This document shows positions 37,569 to 51,769 of a stretch of 64,000 bases of DNA, in pieces. The notes beneath the pieces were generated by a model that saw only the letters and a list, made by a program, of their open reading frames with translations, was not told the origin of the DNA and did no database searches. Made by a program: the position numbers and the translations under genes. The stretch is from Octopus sinensis (Eukaryota). Location: NCBI RefSeq assembly GCF_006345805.1, contig NC_043000.1, forward strand, positions 155,496,001-155,560,000. Reading direction: 5' to 3'. The number at the start of each line of letters is the position of its first letter. The first letter of the stretch is position 1.

Positions 37569-38301
37569 CATTTACTTCAGTTTCTGACAATCAAATTGAC
37601 AAGCGAGCACAAGTGAGTTGGAAGAAAAGATGTATTGCAAAGGACTTCATTGGGAAACATCGTTTTTCTCACGGTTATTAAAATTTTTCACCGATATACA
37701 TCGTTGTACAAATATATGCATTCACGTGCGTGCATACATACATACATACATAAATACATACATATATACATACATACATACATACATAGAAACATACATA
37801 CATACATACATACAGATAGACAGACATACAAACATACATTCATACGTACATACATACATACATACGTACGTACATGGTGGCTGCCTCCACGTTATCGAGT
37901 ATGGCCATTGCGCGAAGCTTAATCAATGTTGTTATCGTGCAATGCCTGTGTAAAATTTTTTTTTTTAAAGTGAGGAAAGGCTGTGCACTGAGTCAATCCC
38001 ACTCACTAAGCAACAGCAGCCATAATCCGAAAAGAAGAACAAGTCAACATCATCAGTAACCACTGAGCCGCAGGTTTTATGTCGGAGTTATCCCAGTTAC
38101 CTGAGTTACCTTCTCCTAGAAGGATGTCCTAACAAAAGCTAGAAGTCATTCACTCCCAATGGTTTAACCGCGCGATCGAGTATTCAGTCCGATTATTTCT
38201 AAGTCCCCGCGCATGAGACAGCCTTAAGACATTTATTGGATGGCTGTTGACTCTCAAGAGTTCCTCACATACATACATACATACATACATACATACATAC
38301 A

Positions 38302-38334
<33 letters not shown>

Positions 38335-38335
<1 letters not shown>

Positions 38336-38880
38336 GACCTGATATAATGATTTGGGATAGAGAAGAGAAACTGTATACAGTTGTGGAAATCGGCTGCCCG
38401 GCGGTTGTTAACATAAAGGTGAAAATCAGTGAAAAAGAGAATATCTACGCTTAACTATAGAGAAATCTGCAGTTACTCTATCCAGATTACAAATTCAGGT
38501 TTATACCTGTAATTATTGGAGTACTAGGATATGTAACACACTGCCTAAATAGCAATCTTGAGAAATTAGGCTTCTCAAGACCAGAAAGAAGGAAGCTGAT
38601 TCGAAGACTGCAGATTAAAGCCATCAGTGAAACTGTAAAAATCTGTAAAACTTTCCAGACATTTATCATTTAAGTATATATGAGCAATGAGCATGTCTAT
38701 ATATACAAGTATATACATGCGAAGACATACATAAAACAAAACGTACAAATCTGAACGTATACATACATACAAAAATGCTCAGTTGATGCTATTGAAATTG
38801 CAATGAAGGAACCTTCGATCTAGGTTAAAAACCAGCTCTTTCTTTACTGGCAAGAACTCTTGAAATAAACCTGAAGCGAT
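38335..38880 (+). mobile_element. RLE-encoding non-LTR element 3' end (R4/Dong-like)
   Basis: RPDIMIWDREEK...VEIGCP...EKENIY...FIPVIIGVLG; its 3' UTR recurs inverted at about 48850-48965. Confidence 0.75.
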
Positions 38881-39058
38881 CTTAACCACTCAGCTATGTC
38901 TCCATAATTTTACAATTTAAGATAAGCATTCCGTACAGTGGAAAGATTTGACAGCGCCGCATCTAGTCTAACTAAGAAAGTAATGGGCGCTCGCTTAAAT
39001 GAGAGTGTCACATACATCTATATAATAAAACTGTGTTCTCTTGACTTCACTAAAAAAT

Positions 39059-40378
39059 TGTTAGTTAGTTAGTTAGTTAGTTAGTTAATTTGGCTCAAGA
39101 GCAAATAGCAAGGCCATGTAGGGGGACCTGGAGTTAAGTACAGGGTGGTGTTCATGTAAAGAGTTCAGGCCACTTGAGGTCAAGGGAGGCTTTGAACAAA
39201 GCGGTCGTCGGCATCTTCACCATCTCGTCTGGCAGCTTGTTCCACAGATCCGCAACCCGGACGGAGAAAGCTCCTCTCCTTCGATTGAGATGAAATCGTC
39301 GCAGGTAGAGCTTTTTGGAATGATCCCGCAGCCGACGCTCTGGAGCAGGAGTGAAGAACAGCTCTTTCGAGAGGTTACACTTTCCGCTTATGATGTTGTG
39401 GGCGAGAATGAGATCACCACGGCGGCGGCGTTTTTCAAGAGAATAAAGGTCGAGCGTCCTCAGCCTTTCTTCGTAGGACAAATTTTTGAGACCATGAACC
39501 ATGCGGGTAGCCAGCTTCTGGACTCTTTCGAGATGCTGTATGTCTTTGAGGAGATAAGGAGAAGAGGCTTGAATCCCATACTCCAATATGGGTCTCACCA
39601 GCGTGACATAGAGTGGTAGGAATATGGCTGCTGTGAGCATTCCGAATGACCGTCGAATCAAGAACAGAATTCCGCGTGCTTTGTTGGCAGCATGGACGCA
39701 CTGGGCCGAAGGCGAAAAGGAGGAATCCACCAAGATACCTAGGTCCTTTACCTGATCGGTCCTCTCCAGCAGCAGACGACCCGGCTCAAAATCAAGTTGA
39801 GTTGCAGGAGTAGAGCCGACAGGCAGATGACAGCACTTTGACACGTTCAGACACAGGTTCCAATTGTTAGACCACTTCCAAATTTGGTGGAGGCATCGAC
39901 GAAGATCCTCTATATTACCGCGAGGAGCGACCAGTTTGATATCGTCGGGTGTGTTGCGTGAGGTCGTCGGGCAAGTCATTTATGAAGACTAAGAACAACA
40001 AGGGCCCAAGCACTGAACCTTGAGGCACGCCACTGCTCGCACTGGAGACGTCGGACCGCGAACCATTAACTTAGACTTGGAAGGAGCGATCTGAGAGGAA
40101 GGCACCAACCCATCGTACAATATCCGGATGGAAACTATATGCTTGAAGCTTGACAAGCAATAGGCGGTGGTTTACCGAGTCAAAAGCTTTTGCAAAGTCC
40201 AGTAAAACGATGTCAACAGCATCACTATCATCGAGGATGCGCGTCACCAATTCTTCCATTACTAGTAGGTTGGTCAAGCATGATCTCTTCGGCACGAAGC
40301 CGTGTTGAGAATCAGAGATAGAGGCTGTGTTTAGGAGGTGGAGCATCATACTTTTCTTAAGGATGGTTTCGAACATCT
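39059..40378 (-). mobile_element. 5'-truncated CR1/L2-group LINE, second family, (TAAC)n tail
   Basis: QHGF...DFAKAFDSVNH, stop at 40071, SGVPQGSVLGP, damaged (F)ADD motif, LYSLEKRRRRGDL. Confidence 0.92.
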
Positions 40379-40809
40379 TGCTGATAATTGTATATTTAAA
40401 CAGGGGAGAAAAGTAGTAAATTGTGTCCGGGATGCGAAAATGTCAATGGTTACACTTAAATCTCAAGGCAATATCTAGATTTCGAGTAATTGCTAATCTG
40501 TGTTATTGTTATGCCGATAACAAACAAGAAGCGATTTTCTGAATTTAATGTTTTCCTCTGTATGCTTACAGACAGTAAAACATAAATCATTTATAGTAGT
40601 TCATAAATACACGCACACATAAACACAAACACGCATATACATACATATAAGTGTATGTGTGCGTATATATATGCATGTGTGTTTGCGCGCACATATTTTC
40701 GTATGTTTGCGAGTATATATAAATATCTATCTATCTATCTCTCTCTATATATATAAATACGCATGCATATATACATACATATACATGTATATATAAATGA
40801 ACAACGAAC

Positions 40810-41077
<268 letters not shown>

Positions 41078-41561
41078 TGTGTGGTTGAATGCATGTGTAT
41101 GTATATAAAGGGTGGCTGGTGGCAGAATCATAAGAGCGTTGAGCTTTGCTGTGTTTGTTCGGGTTTTCTAAATTCTGCGTTCAAACCAGGACAGGATAAC
41201 TTTGCAATTCATCATTGTAAGGAAAGATAAAATTGCTAATACCAATTATGCACCCTGGTCTGTTTAATCGGCTATGGATCAAGAACTGGAATGCTTAACG
41301 CTTCTTTAAGCGTACCATTGTCTTCATTTTCATTCTTGCAATACCTGCGGCGTCACTGGTAGTAAGTTGTGTTGCCTCCTGTCTTTCCTCTTCAACAATA
41401 CCAGTGGCATGGAAAGATAAGATTTATTACTTTGGCGCTGATGGTCTTCCATACAATCTCACTCGGGACTGTGTCTCGGAGGTGACACTATACGGCTGTG
41501 TCGCTGCCTTTTGCGAAGACTTTCTAACGTTTCATACGAATGCCAAAGGAAAAGAAGTTAT

Positions 41562-41615
<54 letters not shown>

Positions 41616-41781
41616 CTGTGTGTGTGTGTGTACGCGCACACGATACTTGTCCCGATAGTATAGCAGAGTCGCGAAGCGATGTAGTTTCTAATGAGAATCG
41701 AAACAAAGATTGCAACTCTGACTTGCCGGCAGAGAACCTGTTGCATACGTTACTACTCCTCCACACATACACACACACGCA

Positions 41782-41831
<50 letters not shown>

Positions 41832-42149
41832 CATACATACACACATACATACACAGATTAACGTTGTAAATGAAATAAACTGGATCAGTGTTCCTCTGCA
41901 GAGGGTCAATAAAGATTGAAAAGAGGGTCGCCAAATTGCCATATTTAATGAAACTGAGATGGTTTTGAACTTTTAAACATCTTAGACACCATAACAAAGA
42001 AAAGAATATGTATAGAACCTCTATTTTGACTTCTCGTTGACAAAGAGAGTCTGTCAATCCACATTACTCCGTAAGGAGCATACGGTCGGTTTCCAGGTTT
42101 CTCTGGCGCATACATACATCCTGGGTGGCATGCAGGTCCACTCAAAGGT

Positions 42150-42546
42150 TACTCTTTACTCTTTTACTTGTTTCAGTCATTTGACTGCGGCCATGCTGGA
42201 GCACCGCCTTTAATCGAGCAACTCGACCCCGGGACTTATTCGTTGTAAGCCCAGTACTTATTCTATCGGCCTCTTTGCTGAACCGCTAAGTAACGGGGAC
42301 ATAAACACACCAGCATCGGTTGTCAAGCAATGCTAGGGGGACAAACACATACACACAAACACACACACGCATATACATATATACGACGGGCTTCTTTCAG
42401 TTTCCGTCTACCAAATCCACTCACAAGGCATTGGTCGGCTCGAGGCTATAGTAGGGGACACTTGCCCAAGGTGCCGCGCAGTGGGACTGAACCCGGAACC
42501 ATGTGGTTGGCAAACAAGCTACTTACCACACAGCCACTCCTGCGCC
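42150..42546 (-). mobile_element. SINE-A, full copy
   Basis: Homology. Confidence 0.93.
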
Positions 42547-44617
42547 TATTATTTATTTTTTACGAATTGAGTGGTCTGGGGTAACGGGAAATGAAGTTTT
42601 TTTGTTTTTTTTTCTCATGGACAAAAGGCATCGTCCAGTCCATGAATTGAAACCACAATCTCACGATCATGAGTCCAACATCGTCACCTCTGAGCCATGC
42701 GATTCCACGATAAAGAGAGTGAATGCGACAAAGCCATTCACCAGTACTTTGTTTGTGGAGCGACTGCTGGTATTTGTGGGTTTAGTGACATGAATTAGAT
42801 TCATGTTGCATTCGAAACAGCTTGATTAAAATGAGAATATGGCATGCTATTTTTAAGAATGGTATTCTTATTTAATGGTCCAGGAGAAAACGAATCGTGA
42901 AATGATAATAAATGAGACAAAGCAAAATTTCTTCGAACTGCTATTATTACATATATAAAAAGATCATTACTTGACTGGTTCTACCAGGAAAAGTTCCATG
43001 TCTTGGTACAATTAAATGTTTCTTACTAGCAATGAAGGAAGTTCGGTTTTATTTTAATTTCACATTTTCTTTTTACGTCCTACAGTGTATTGCATGTGAT
43101 ACACCAATGCACCATATTTATACTTATATCATAATTGTCATTTCGGTGGGATGGGATTCTTTTCCAGTTGACCTGTACCTAACTTTTAATCAACTTTAAA
43201 AAAACATTCGAAGACAACTATTACCTTTATAAGATAAATATCGTCTCAGTCACTATAAATATTTCCTAAAACTCTATAAGAATATGCATGCCATGAAATG
43301 CTGAATCAACTTCACTATCAAGGATTATTTTTCACTAGAAAAAAGAAAAACGCGCATTGTTTAGTGACTTAAAGGCATCTAGTAAATTGTGAAAAGAATA
43401 TAAAATGTTATTGGCTGCACTTTAGAATTGCAATAAGAAATCTAGTGTTTGAAGAATGCGAAATAAATGTTAATCTTAGATCTGTTTCTGACGTTAAAAT
43501 GAAATGGGAAATTGCCAAGTTTACAATATTATTCCTTAATAGATACATTTATCCCACGGACTTAAATTTATTATATAAATAGATAATATTTAATGTATTT
43601 TTGTATATATGTGTATTTATAAGTACAGCCAATTTACAGAAAATAAGGTTAGGTTATTGTAATTGTTTTCCTGTTTTTTTCACACACAGATTAGGCACTA
43701 TGTCTACAATTTTATATCATTTTCTTTGTAATAAAACAGAATTGAAACTATTGAACTGTTTTATGAGAAAAGGTCAACTTTAAATATCATTCAGAGCCAA
43801 ATATACGTAGGATTGCTTTAAAAGATAATGTATATAGATATATACTCAGGACTGTGTGAATGTGAGTGCTCATCAGTTCAGAAAAAGATAAATGTTATCC
43901 TGTGAAAGCAACATCGAAATATTAGTGAAATTGTGACAGATATATCAAATATCAAATATAAAATAAGGTATATTGAACATTAAAGTTCAACAGTTGTACT
44001 TGAATGTTTGTATGTACGGCACAAGAAGATGTCCCAGATGTGGAAGCAGAACTTTATTATGGATCACACAACCACTTTCTAGTATGCCTGTCACAGTTCA
44101 AAGCTGAAACGTATTCAGGCCCTGTAACTGAAACCCAGTCTTTGGAGTATAGATATGCGGTTGCTATGTAAAATTGTCTGTGTGATTGTAGATCATGGAA
44201 TTTGTAGCAATGTAATTTTTATGAGTTTCGGTTCATTACATGTGATGCAATTGTGTTTCCGTTTTGTCAAGAGATTATGCAGATCGACTGTTCTAGCACC
44301 TCTATTTTCGGAATCAGGCATCTAGTATTCCTAGTATTCAGTGAAAGACTATTACAAATTTCTTTTGCTTTGAAAACTTGTACAATAGAGCGTAAAAGAG
44401 AACCCCAAATCTATTATATAAAAGTCAATGTCTTTATGGGTGTTTGGGAGTTCGTGTGTTACTTATATACTCAAAAACTACTGGATCGATCCTAATAAAA
44501 TTTGGAACACAAAATCCAAGCCTAGGAAGAAAGGGTAATGCCATATACTGTATACAATTTTGAGGGAGCATAAAGTGGCGGGGGAGGGAGGGCAGAACCC
44601 CTCGTGAAAATTCATAT

Positions 44618-46515
44618 GATTGATTGATTGATTGATTCTAGTTTCAGCTCACGAGCTGTGGCCATGCTGGGGCACCGCCATTTGGTGTTGCTACATGGTT
44701 TTACTTCACGAGTGCTTTTTAGCAACTGCCATTTGGTGCATGAGAGAGTTCGATGCAGCTGCTCTCATCTGCACCTCCTGCCGTGAAGTTGGTTCATCTG
44801 GGACACCTGACAGAAGAGATCCAGTTTCATTTTAAAGACATCTGCATCCACCCCATGCAGGTCTCTTGGGTTCTTTGGGAGGATATTGAAGAGCTGTGGG
44901 CCTCTGAAGCCCAGGCTATCACAGTATCTTGTCCTACATCTTGATGGCAAATTTGGAGTCCTAGGCACCACGCAGTGGCACCCAGTCCTGGCATTTGTGT
45001 AACTCTTGATGCCAAAGTTTGGGACAAGTCTCTCCAGGATCTTCCAGATGTATATTATGGCATATCTTTCTCGCCTACGCTCCAAGGAATAGAGTCTTAA
45101 TCTCTTGAGTCTTTCCCAGTAGCTTATATTCTGCACAGAGGCTATCTTCTTCCTGTAGCTACGTTGGATCGCCTCAAGTTCTGTGATCAACTTGACACTG
45201 GATGGTGACCATAGCTGAGAGCAATAGTCAAAATGACTTAGGACAAGTGTCCTCCAGAGGACCATCATGGTTTCTTGTTCTCTTGTTCTAAAGGTTCTGA
45301 GAATCCATCCGGCCAGTCGTCTACATTTCATTGCCAATTTAGCAACATGTACACGAAAGGTTGCGTCATCACTCATGTAAATACCCAGGTCACGCACTGA
45401 TTGTGCCTCTGGGATTGCAATTCCTCCGGGTCCAGTGTATTCATTGGGTGTTGCATTTAGTTTTGCATGCTGATAGTATAAAGCTTGCAACTTTTCAGCA
45501 TTGAACTGTATGCTATTCTTTTCAGCCCACTTGTATATTTTGTCCAGCTCACATTGCAGGCGTTTAGTGTCCTCAGGGTTCTGTATTGCCTGTGAAACTT
45601 TTGTATCATCTGCATAACTTGTGATCGTGGCTCTCTGCGTGGCTGAGAGCATGTCTGAGAAGGCCATTATGAACACTAGTGGTCCCAAAACAGTGCCCTG
45701 CGGAACACCGCTCACTATTTGCGTGTTAATGGAAGTGGCCCCATTGGCTACTACCACCTGATTTCAATCTTTCAGAAAGTCATGAAGCCATTCTCCCAGT
45801 TTTCCAACTATGCTAAGATCACGCAGTTTGTGACATATCATTCCATGATCGACTTTATCAAAGGCCTTTGCAAAGTCGAGATATATCACTTCCACATTTG
45901 AGTGATTGAGCAGTCGTTTCAGCACCCAGTCATAGTGTTGTAGGAGCTGAGTTAAGCAGCTTCTTCCTGGTCGGAAACCATGTTGGGTGTCAGGCAGCAA
46001 GTCATTTTCTTGAAGGAAGGTGATCAGTTTCCTTCTGACTATTCGTTCCATGACCTTGCTGATGTGTGAGGTCAGAGAGATAGGTCTGTAGTTCTTGGCC
46101 TCCGCTCTGCTACCTCCTTTATGAATAGGACATATTTTACCTTCCTTCAGTTTTCTTGGAAGTTTGCCAGCTGCAAGAAAGCTCTGAAAGAGGAAGTGCA
46201 GTGGTCTTGCTAGGACTCTCTTACATACTTTTAGGAGGATTGCCGGGAATCCATCGGGGCCAGTAGCTGAGTCTGTTTTCATTTCATCTATAGCCTTTAT
46301 TACATCGTCTTCCTTTATATCGATGTGATCTATCATCGCTGCCTCTGATTTTATATCTGCAGTGGTAAAGAAGTCAGTTGGATTGGTGATTTGGAAATGC
46401 CCAAGGGGTGGAGTGAAAACACTCTTGAATTGCTCATTCAGTATTTCACTTACCCTCATTGGTTTTCCTGTGAGTGTGCTATCCTTTTCAAGGAGTGGCC
46501 CTCCTTCGGATTTTG
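44618..46515 (-). mobile_element. CR1/L2-group LINE, about 1.9 kb, 5'-truncated, near-intact RT split by one frameshift; (CAAT)n tail
   Basis: NYRPISLTSHISKVMER, QHGFRPGRSC, LDFAKAFDKVDH, SGVPQGTVLGP, YADDTK. Confidence 0.95.
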
Positions 46516-46910
46516 ATGAAATTTGAATCATAGGTATTAGAAATAAATTAAAAAAATATACTCCTAATTTCCATTTCTTTGGAGGATTCTAAGACCCCTT
46601 AATGGGGCTTAACCCCAAAATTTTAGTCATTTTTCATGGACCAAAATTACTGAATGGATCCTTATGATATCTGGAACTTAGATTCAAAGCATGTATGTTT
46701 GGTTTGAATATGAGGGACCTTAATGGGGAAGAACCCCGCCATGAAAATTCATAAATTTCCGATATTTATGAAATTTCAACCATAGGTAATTAACACAAAT
46801 CAAGAAGTATTCCCAAAGTTTCCGCTTTTCATGAGGATTCTAAGATTTCCAAATTTTAGTCATTTTTTATGATCCAAAACAAGGTCAAAAGTACCGTATG
46901 GATTTTTATG

Positions 46911-47305
46911 AGGAGTGTCTATGTGGTAAGTAGCTTGCTTACAAGCCACATGGTTCCGGGTTCAGTCCCACTGCGTGGCACCTTGGGCAAGTGTCTCCTA
47001 CTATAAGCTTGGGCCGACCAAAGCCTTGTGAGTGGATTTGGTAGAAGGAAACTGAAGGAAGCCCGTCGTATATATGTATATGTATATATGTGTGTGTTTG
47101 TGTGTCTGTGTTTGTACCCGCAACATCGTTTTGACAACCGATGCTGGTGTGTTTACGTCCCCGTAACTTAGCAGTTCGGCAAAAGAGACCGATAGAATAA
47201 GTACTAGGCTTACAAAGAATAAGTCCTGGGATCGATTTCCTTGACTAAAGGCGGTGTTCCAACATGGCCGCAGTCAAATGACTGAAACAAGTAAAAGAGA
47301 GTAAA
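46911..47305 (+). mobile_element. SINE-A copy
   Basis: Homology. Confidence 0.9.
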
Positions 47306-47471
47306 TTTGGAAATTATATTCTATGCATAAGGACGGATATAATGCAATATATTTTTGAAAGTGAGGGAGCATAAATGAGGCCATAACCCCCATGAAAATT
47401 TATATATTTTTGCTGTTGATGAAATTTTAAGCATGGATATTACACACAAATGAAGTAATATTCCTAAAATT

Positions 47472-47981
47472 TCATCATCATCATTGTAAGACCGTGGTCG
47501 AGACAATGGAATTTACCATGCTACGCCAGACATCACGGTCCATCATGGCATTACGGAGGTCCTGTTGCTGGATGCCTGTATCCCTGGAGATTACATCAGG
47601 GTAGGAGAGTGTGCACCCTCTGGTATTGCGAGTAAATGGCTTCCAGAGGAGAAGAGTAGAAATTACCTCTTTTTCAGCTCTACAACAATGTCCAGCAAAC
47701 TGGACTCTTCTACCCTTCACAAGAGATGACACAGGTGGTAGTTTCCCATATATTTGCATTTTGGTTGGATGGCACGTCCACGAGAGATTTTGAGCTCTCA
47801 TAATGAGGCGAGCGTAGGTTCCATCCAACCGCCTCTCAAGCTTCTTTGATAACGTCCAGGTTTCTGAGCCATATAGTAGAATTGGTTCGACTGTGGCTTT
47901 GAATATTTCAAGTTTGAAGTCTCTACTTAGATTTGATGACCAGATCTTATGCATGACATTACAGGCTGACCAGGCCATACC
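47472..47981 (-). mobile_element. RTE-like LINE 3' end with (TGA)n tail
   Basis: ILLYGSETWTL...RRVQFAGHCCR...DRDVWR, stop running into tgatgatga. Confidence 0.88.
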
Positions 47982-48643
47982 CTAAAATGTCAACTTCTTA
48001 GGAGGTTAGTAAGACCCCTTAATGGGGGACTTAAGCTCCACAATTTAGCCTTGTATCGACTTATGATTTGCGAAAGGAACTGAGTATCTACGGGATCGGC
48101 AGAATCTACAGAAGTAATGCGGATTTATTGTACCTGTAATTCAAATGTGCAGCCTCCTCACAACCCGCATCCTTCTGATTCTGATTGACGATTTGGTAAG
48201 GCGTAAACATAATTACGGAATACTCAACCACTTACAGTGTAGTTCAATGAGCAGATAGTTGGTGCAAAAATTAACGAAGATGCATTTACATTGTTTTATA
48301 CTTTAGGTACATATTTTGTGTAACTATAACAGATTCTGTATACTTCTATGTATACTTAACGCATTCATATTTACGTACATTCCAACGTACCTGCGTACAA
48401 TTTGAATGACTATCATATTACTTACAGATTATCCAAAAATTTCATGCGCGTTAATTAGAATCGGGTTTTTCATCGTGATAAATCATCTGAACAGCCGCTA
48501 ACAGCGGAAATGGTTGTTTTACATATATGTGTCTGTGTGTGTATGTATATAACACACACGTATATGAATATAAATGCACACACACACACACGCACACACA
48601 CACAGACTCACACACACACATGTATATATATACACATATATGA

Positions 48644-48686
<43 letters not shown>

Positions 48687-49032
48687 TGTGTGTGTGTGTG
48701 TGTATACAAGCAATCTTAATCTCCAACATAGCGTGGAAGTTATGTTAGAAGACAGAATACTGTGTTACCTACCTTGAAAAGATCCTTTCAAAGTAAATAG
48801 CGTGTAAGTATGTATGTATGTTTGTATGTATGTATGTATGTATGTACGTTATTATTCAGTTTATATCAAGATTTCTTGCCAATAGAGAAAGAACCGGTTT
48901 CTAACCTAGATCCAAGGGTCTTTCATTGGAACTTCAATATCAACAACAGGGTATTTTGTTTGTATGTATTACGTATGTATGTTTTTGGTTGTGTATATAT
49001 GTATATATATATGTATTTCAATATGTGTTTCA

Positions 49033-49188
49033 ATATGTGACCGCGTGTGTATCGTTGGTGATTTTCTTTCTCCGTCTTCCATTCTTTGGACCTTTCCTTT
49101 TCCTATGTTTCTGACGAAGACCTCCGCTTGAAATGTTAAATCCTCCTTCTTTCTTTCCTTTCCCGAGCGTCCAATAACACTATACTTA
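49033..49188 (+). mobile_element. (TA)n-associated repeat with decayed hammerhead (49107-49140)
   Basis: gttt CTGACGA A GACC tcc GCTT GAA ATGT T aaat. Confidence 0.75.
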
Positions 49189-49515
49189 TATATATATATA
49201 TTACCACCAGATGTACAAAAGGTACAGTCGATATATATAGCGACTAAGTGGAGTATTCAGCACTGTATTGCTAGAAATAAAGAAATAAGAGACAAGACAG
49301 CTCATAGCCACAACAACGCAAAATCATTGGTGATCTGGTTCTACCCGGTGCTCAGGGAGCTGGCCTCGCTTGTTAGTAAATAAGGCAGTGCGTTATTGTG
49401 GCTATGAGTTGTTTTGACTCCTATTTCTAGCCACACTGATGCTGAATAGCACCCATAGTCGCTTTAATGACGTACATACTTTTGCCTTTCGGTTGAAAAA
49501 TTGCTAACAGGCCAT

Positions 49516-49795
<280 letters not shown>

Positions 49796-49934
49796 CATTT
49801 CACAAGGTTACAGCATTTCACAAGGCTACTGTGTTTCCAAATATACTTTGTAGGAAGTAATGTGGAACTTTTTTTTAAATTACCTTGTTTCAGAATGTAC
49901 ACCAAATAGAAGAATTTATAATCTATGTTGTAGA

Positions 49935-51485
49935 TATTATTATTATTATTATTATTATTTTATATACGCACAACAGATTAAAATGTTGGGAAATAAAAAT
50001 TCCTCACTTCGGGCTATAAGTAACTTTTGATGCCAAGAACCCTCATAATTATTGTAGCTATCCCAAATAACACTGTTTTCCGGAGTTATACTAAACTAGA
50101 TTTTATGACTATTTCCTCTATCAATCTGTTCAAATCTTTGGGGATTGTTCCTAATGCACCTATAACTACTGGGATACATCATATCCGCACTTTCCATACT
50201 CTCTGTAATTCAATGAGTAGGTCCTGGTACTATGCTATATTTTCTATCTCTCTCATATTGACTTTCTCATCATCTGGCCTGTAAAGTCAATTATATTGCA
50301 CTTTCGGTTTTCTTTGTCTACTACTACTAAATCAGGCCTTCTACATTCTATTATTCTGTCCGTCTGATTGCAAGTCCCACAACATCTTATATTTCTTACT
50401 TTCTAGTACTTTACTAGATTGATGTTCATACCACTTATCAGTATGTTCAAATCCTAGCTTTATACATAACTCCCCGAAGAATACTCTCCCTAAGTTGTCA
50501 TGTCTTTTTTTGTATTCTTTCTGTCCCAGCATACTACATTCACTTATTATATGAGCAACACTTACCTCTTTTAATTTACATAACCTACATGGGGAATCTA
50601 CCTGGTTTTTTTCTTTCTTGGCTTTTTATCCAGTTAGTCCTTAATGTTTGATTTTGTGCTGCTGCTAACAAACTTCCTGTCTTCCTTTATCAGCCTTCCT
50701 TTTCTGCAACCATAATTATATCTCTCTGTTACTATTTCCTATGAAGGCGGTAAGCTGGCAGAATCGTTAGCACGCTGGACGGTATGCTTAGCGGTATTTT
50801 GCCCATCGCTACGTTCTGAGTTCAAATTCCGAGGTTGATTTTGCCTTTCATCCTTTCGGGCTCGACAAATTAAGTACCAACGAAATACTGGGGTTCACGT
50901 AAACGACTCATCCCCTCCCCCCAAAATAGCTGCCCTTGTGGCAAAAATTCAAAACCGCTATTACTATTTCCAGCAACTATCTTTGGGAACCTACCAGCAA
51001 AGCATTCTATTCTCCGTCAGATAGTCTTTCATCTTTTTGCTGGTTCTTAACTTCATTTGGCTTTTTGGTTTCCCTATGTCGTACAGTGACTCTAGCCGCT
51101 CTTAAACGTTCTTCACTCTTACCTACATAAGAAGCTATATCTGCTCTAGCTAACTCTACGCAGTCATCTACTGATATTAACCTTCTTCCAGCTTCCTTTC
51201 TAGATAAGTATAATCTTGCTACGCCTGATTTTGGGTGAAGTCCTCCATTCATAATGAATTCCTTCCCAGTTTTTCTGTCCAGATTTGCTCATTCAGTTTT
51301 GATCCAATCTACAAAAGATGTTGAATATCTTAGCAACAACACTGTCCGAGTATTTACAACATTCATTAGATTCGGACCATTTATCTTTGATTCCATTAGC
51401 TTCCTGACTCTTCTTATCTACTCCGCAATATTCGTTTCTATTTCAACAGTTAGAATTCTGTCAGATTCTAGTACTCCTAGATACT

Positions 51486-51487
<2 letters not shown>
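49935..51487 (-). mobile_element. R4/Dong-like RLE non-LTR relic ending in (TAA)n, interrupted by SINE-B (about 50743-50945)
   Basis: KYLGVLE, GGLHPKSGVARLYLSRKEAGR, CRLC..H..C knuckle, RHDNL...WYEH...LWD, RRPDLVVVD. Confidence 0.85.
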
Positions 51488-51537
<50 letters not shown>

Positions 51538-51538
<1 letters not shown>

Positions 51539-51725
51539 AGGCGGTGAGGTGGCAGAATCGTTGGCACGCTTCGCGGTATTTCCTCCATCTCATGTTCTGA
51601 GTTCAAATCGCGCCGAGATCAACTTTGTTTTCCATCCTGCCGGAGTCGATAAAATGGATACCAGTTGAAAACTGGGGTCGATGTAATCTACTAATCCCCT
51701 TCCACCAAACTGCTACCATTGTGGC
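51538..51725 (+). mobile_element. Diverged SINE-B preceded by (CTA)n
   Basis: Homology. Confidence 0.75.
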
Positions 51726-51736
51726 AAAATTTGCAC

Positions 51737-51769
<33 letters not shown>

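Larger units (their letters stand above)
44410..48050 (+). mobile_element. Helitron-like non-autonomous host element fragmented by three retro-insertions; 3' end not found
   Basis: Starts A|TCTATTATATAAAAG; actactggatcgatcctaataaaatttgg motif; internal repeats aacccc...tgaaaatt and taagaccccttaatgggg recur across the inserts. Confidence 0.5.

Noticed and set aside
39017-39058. Helitron-like 5' start TCTATATAATAAAA
   Set aside because: Only about 40 bp precede the LINE and no 3' terminus was found
41404-41869. ORFs between (GT)n and (CA)n tracts
   Set aside because: No motifs; length inflated by repeats
43990-44180. 55-aa ORF and a CPRCG motif in another frame
   Set aside because: No splice or homology support
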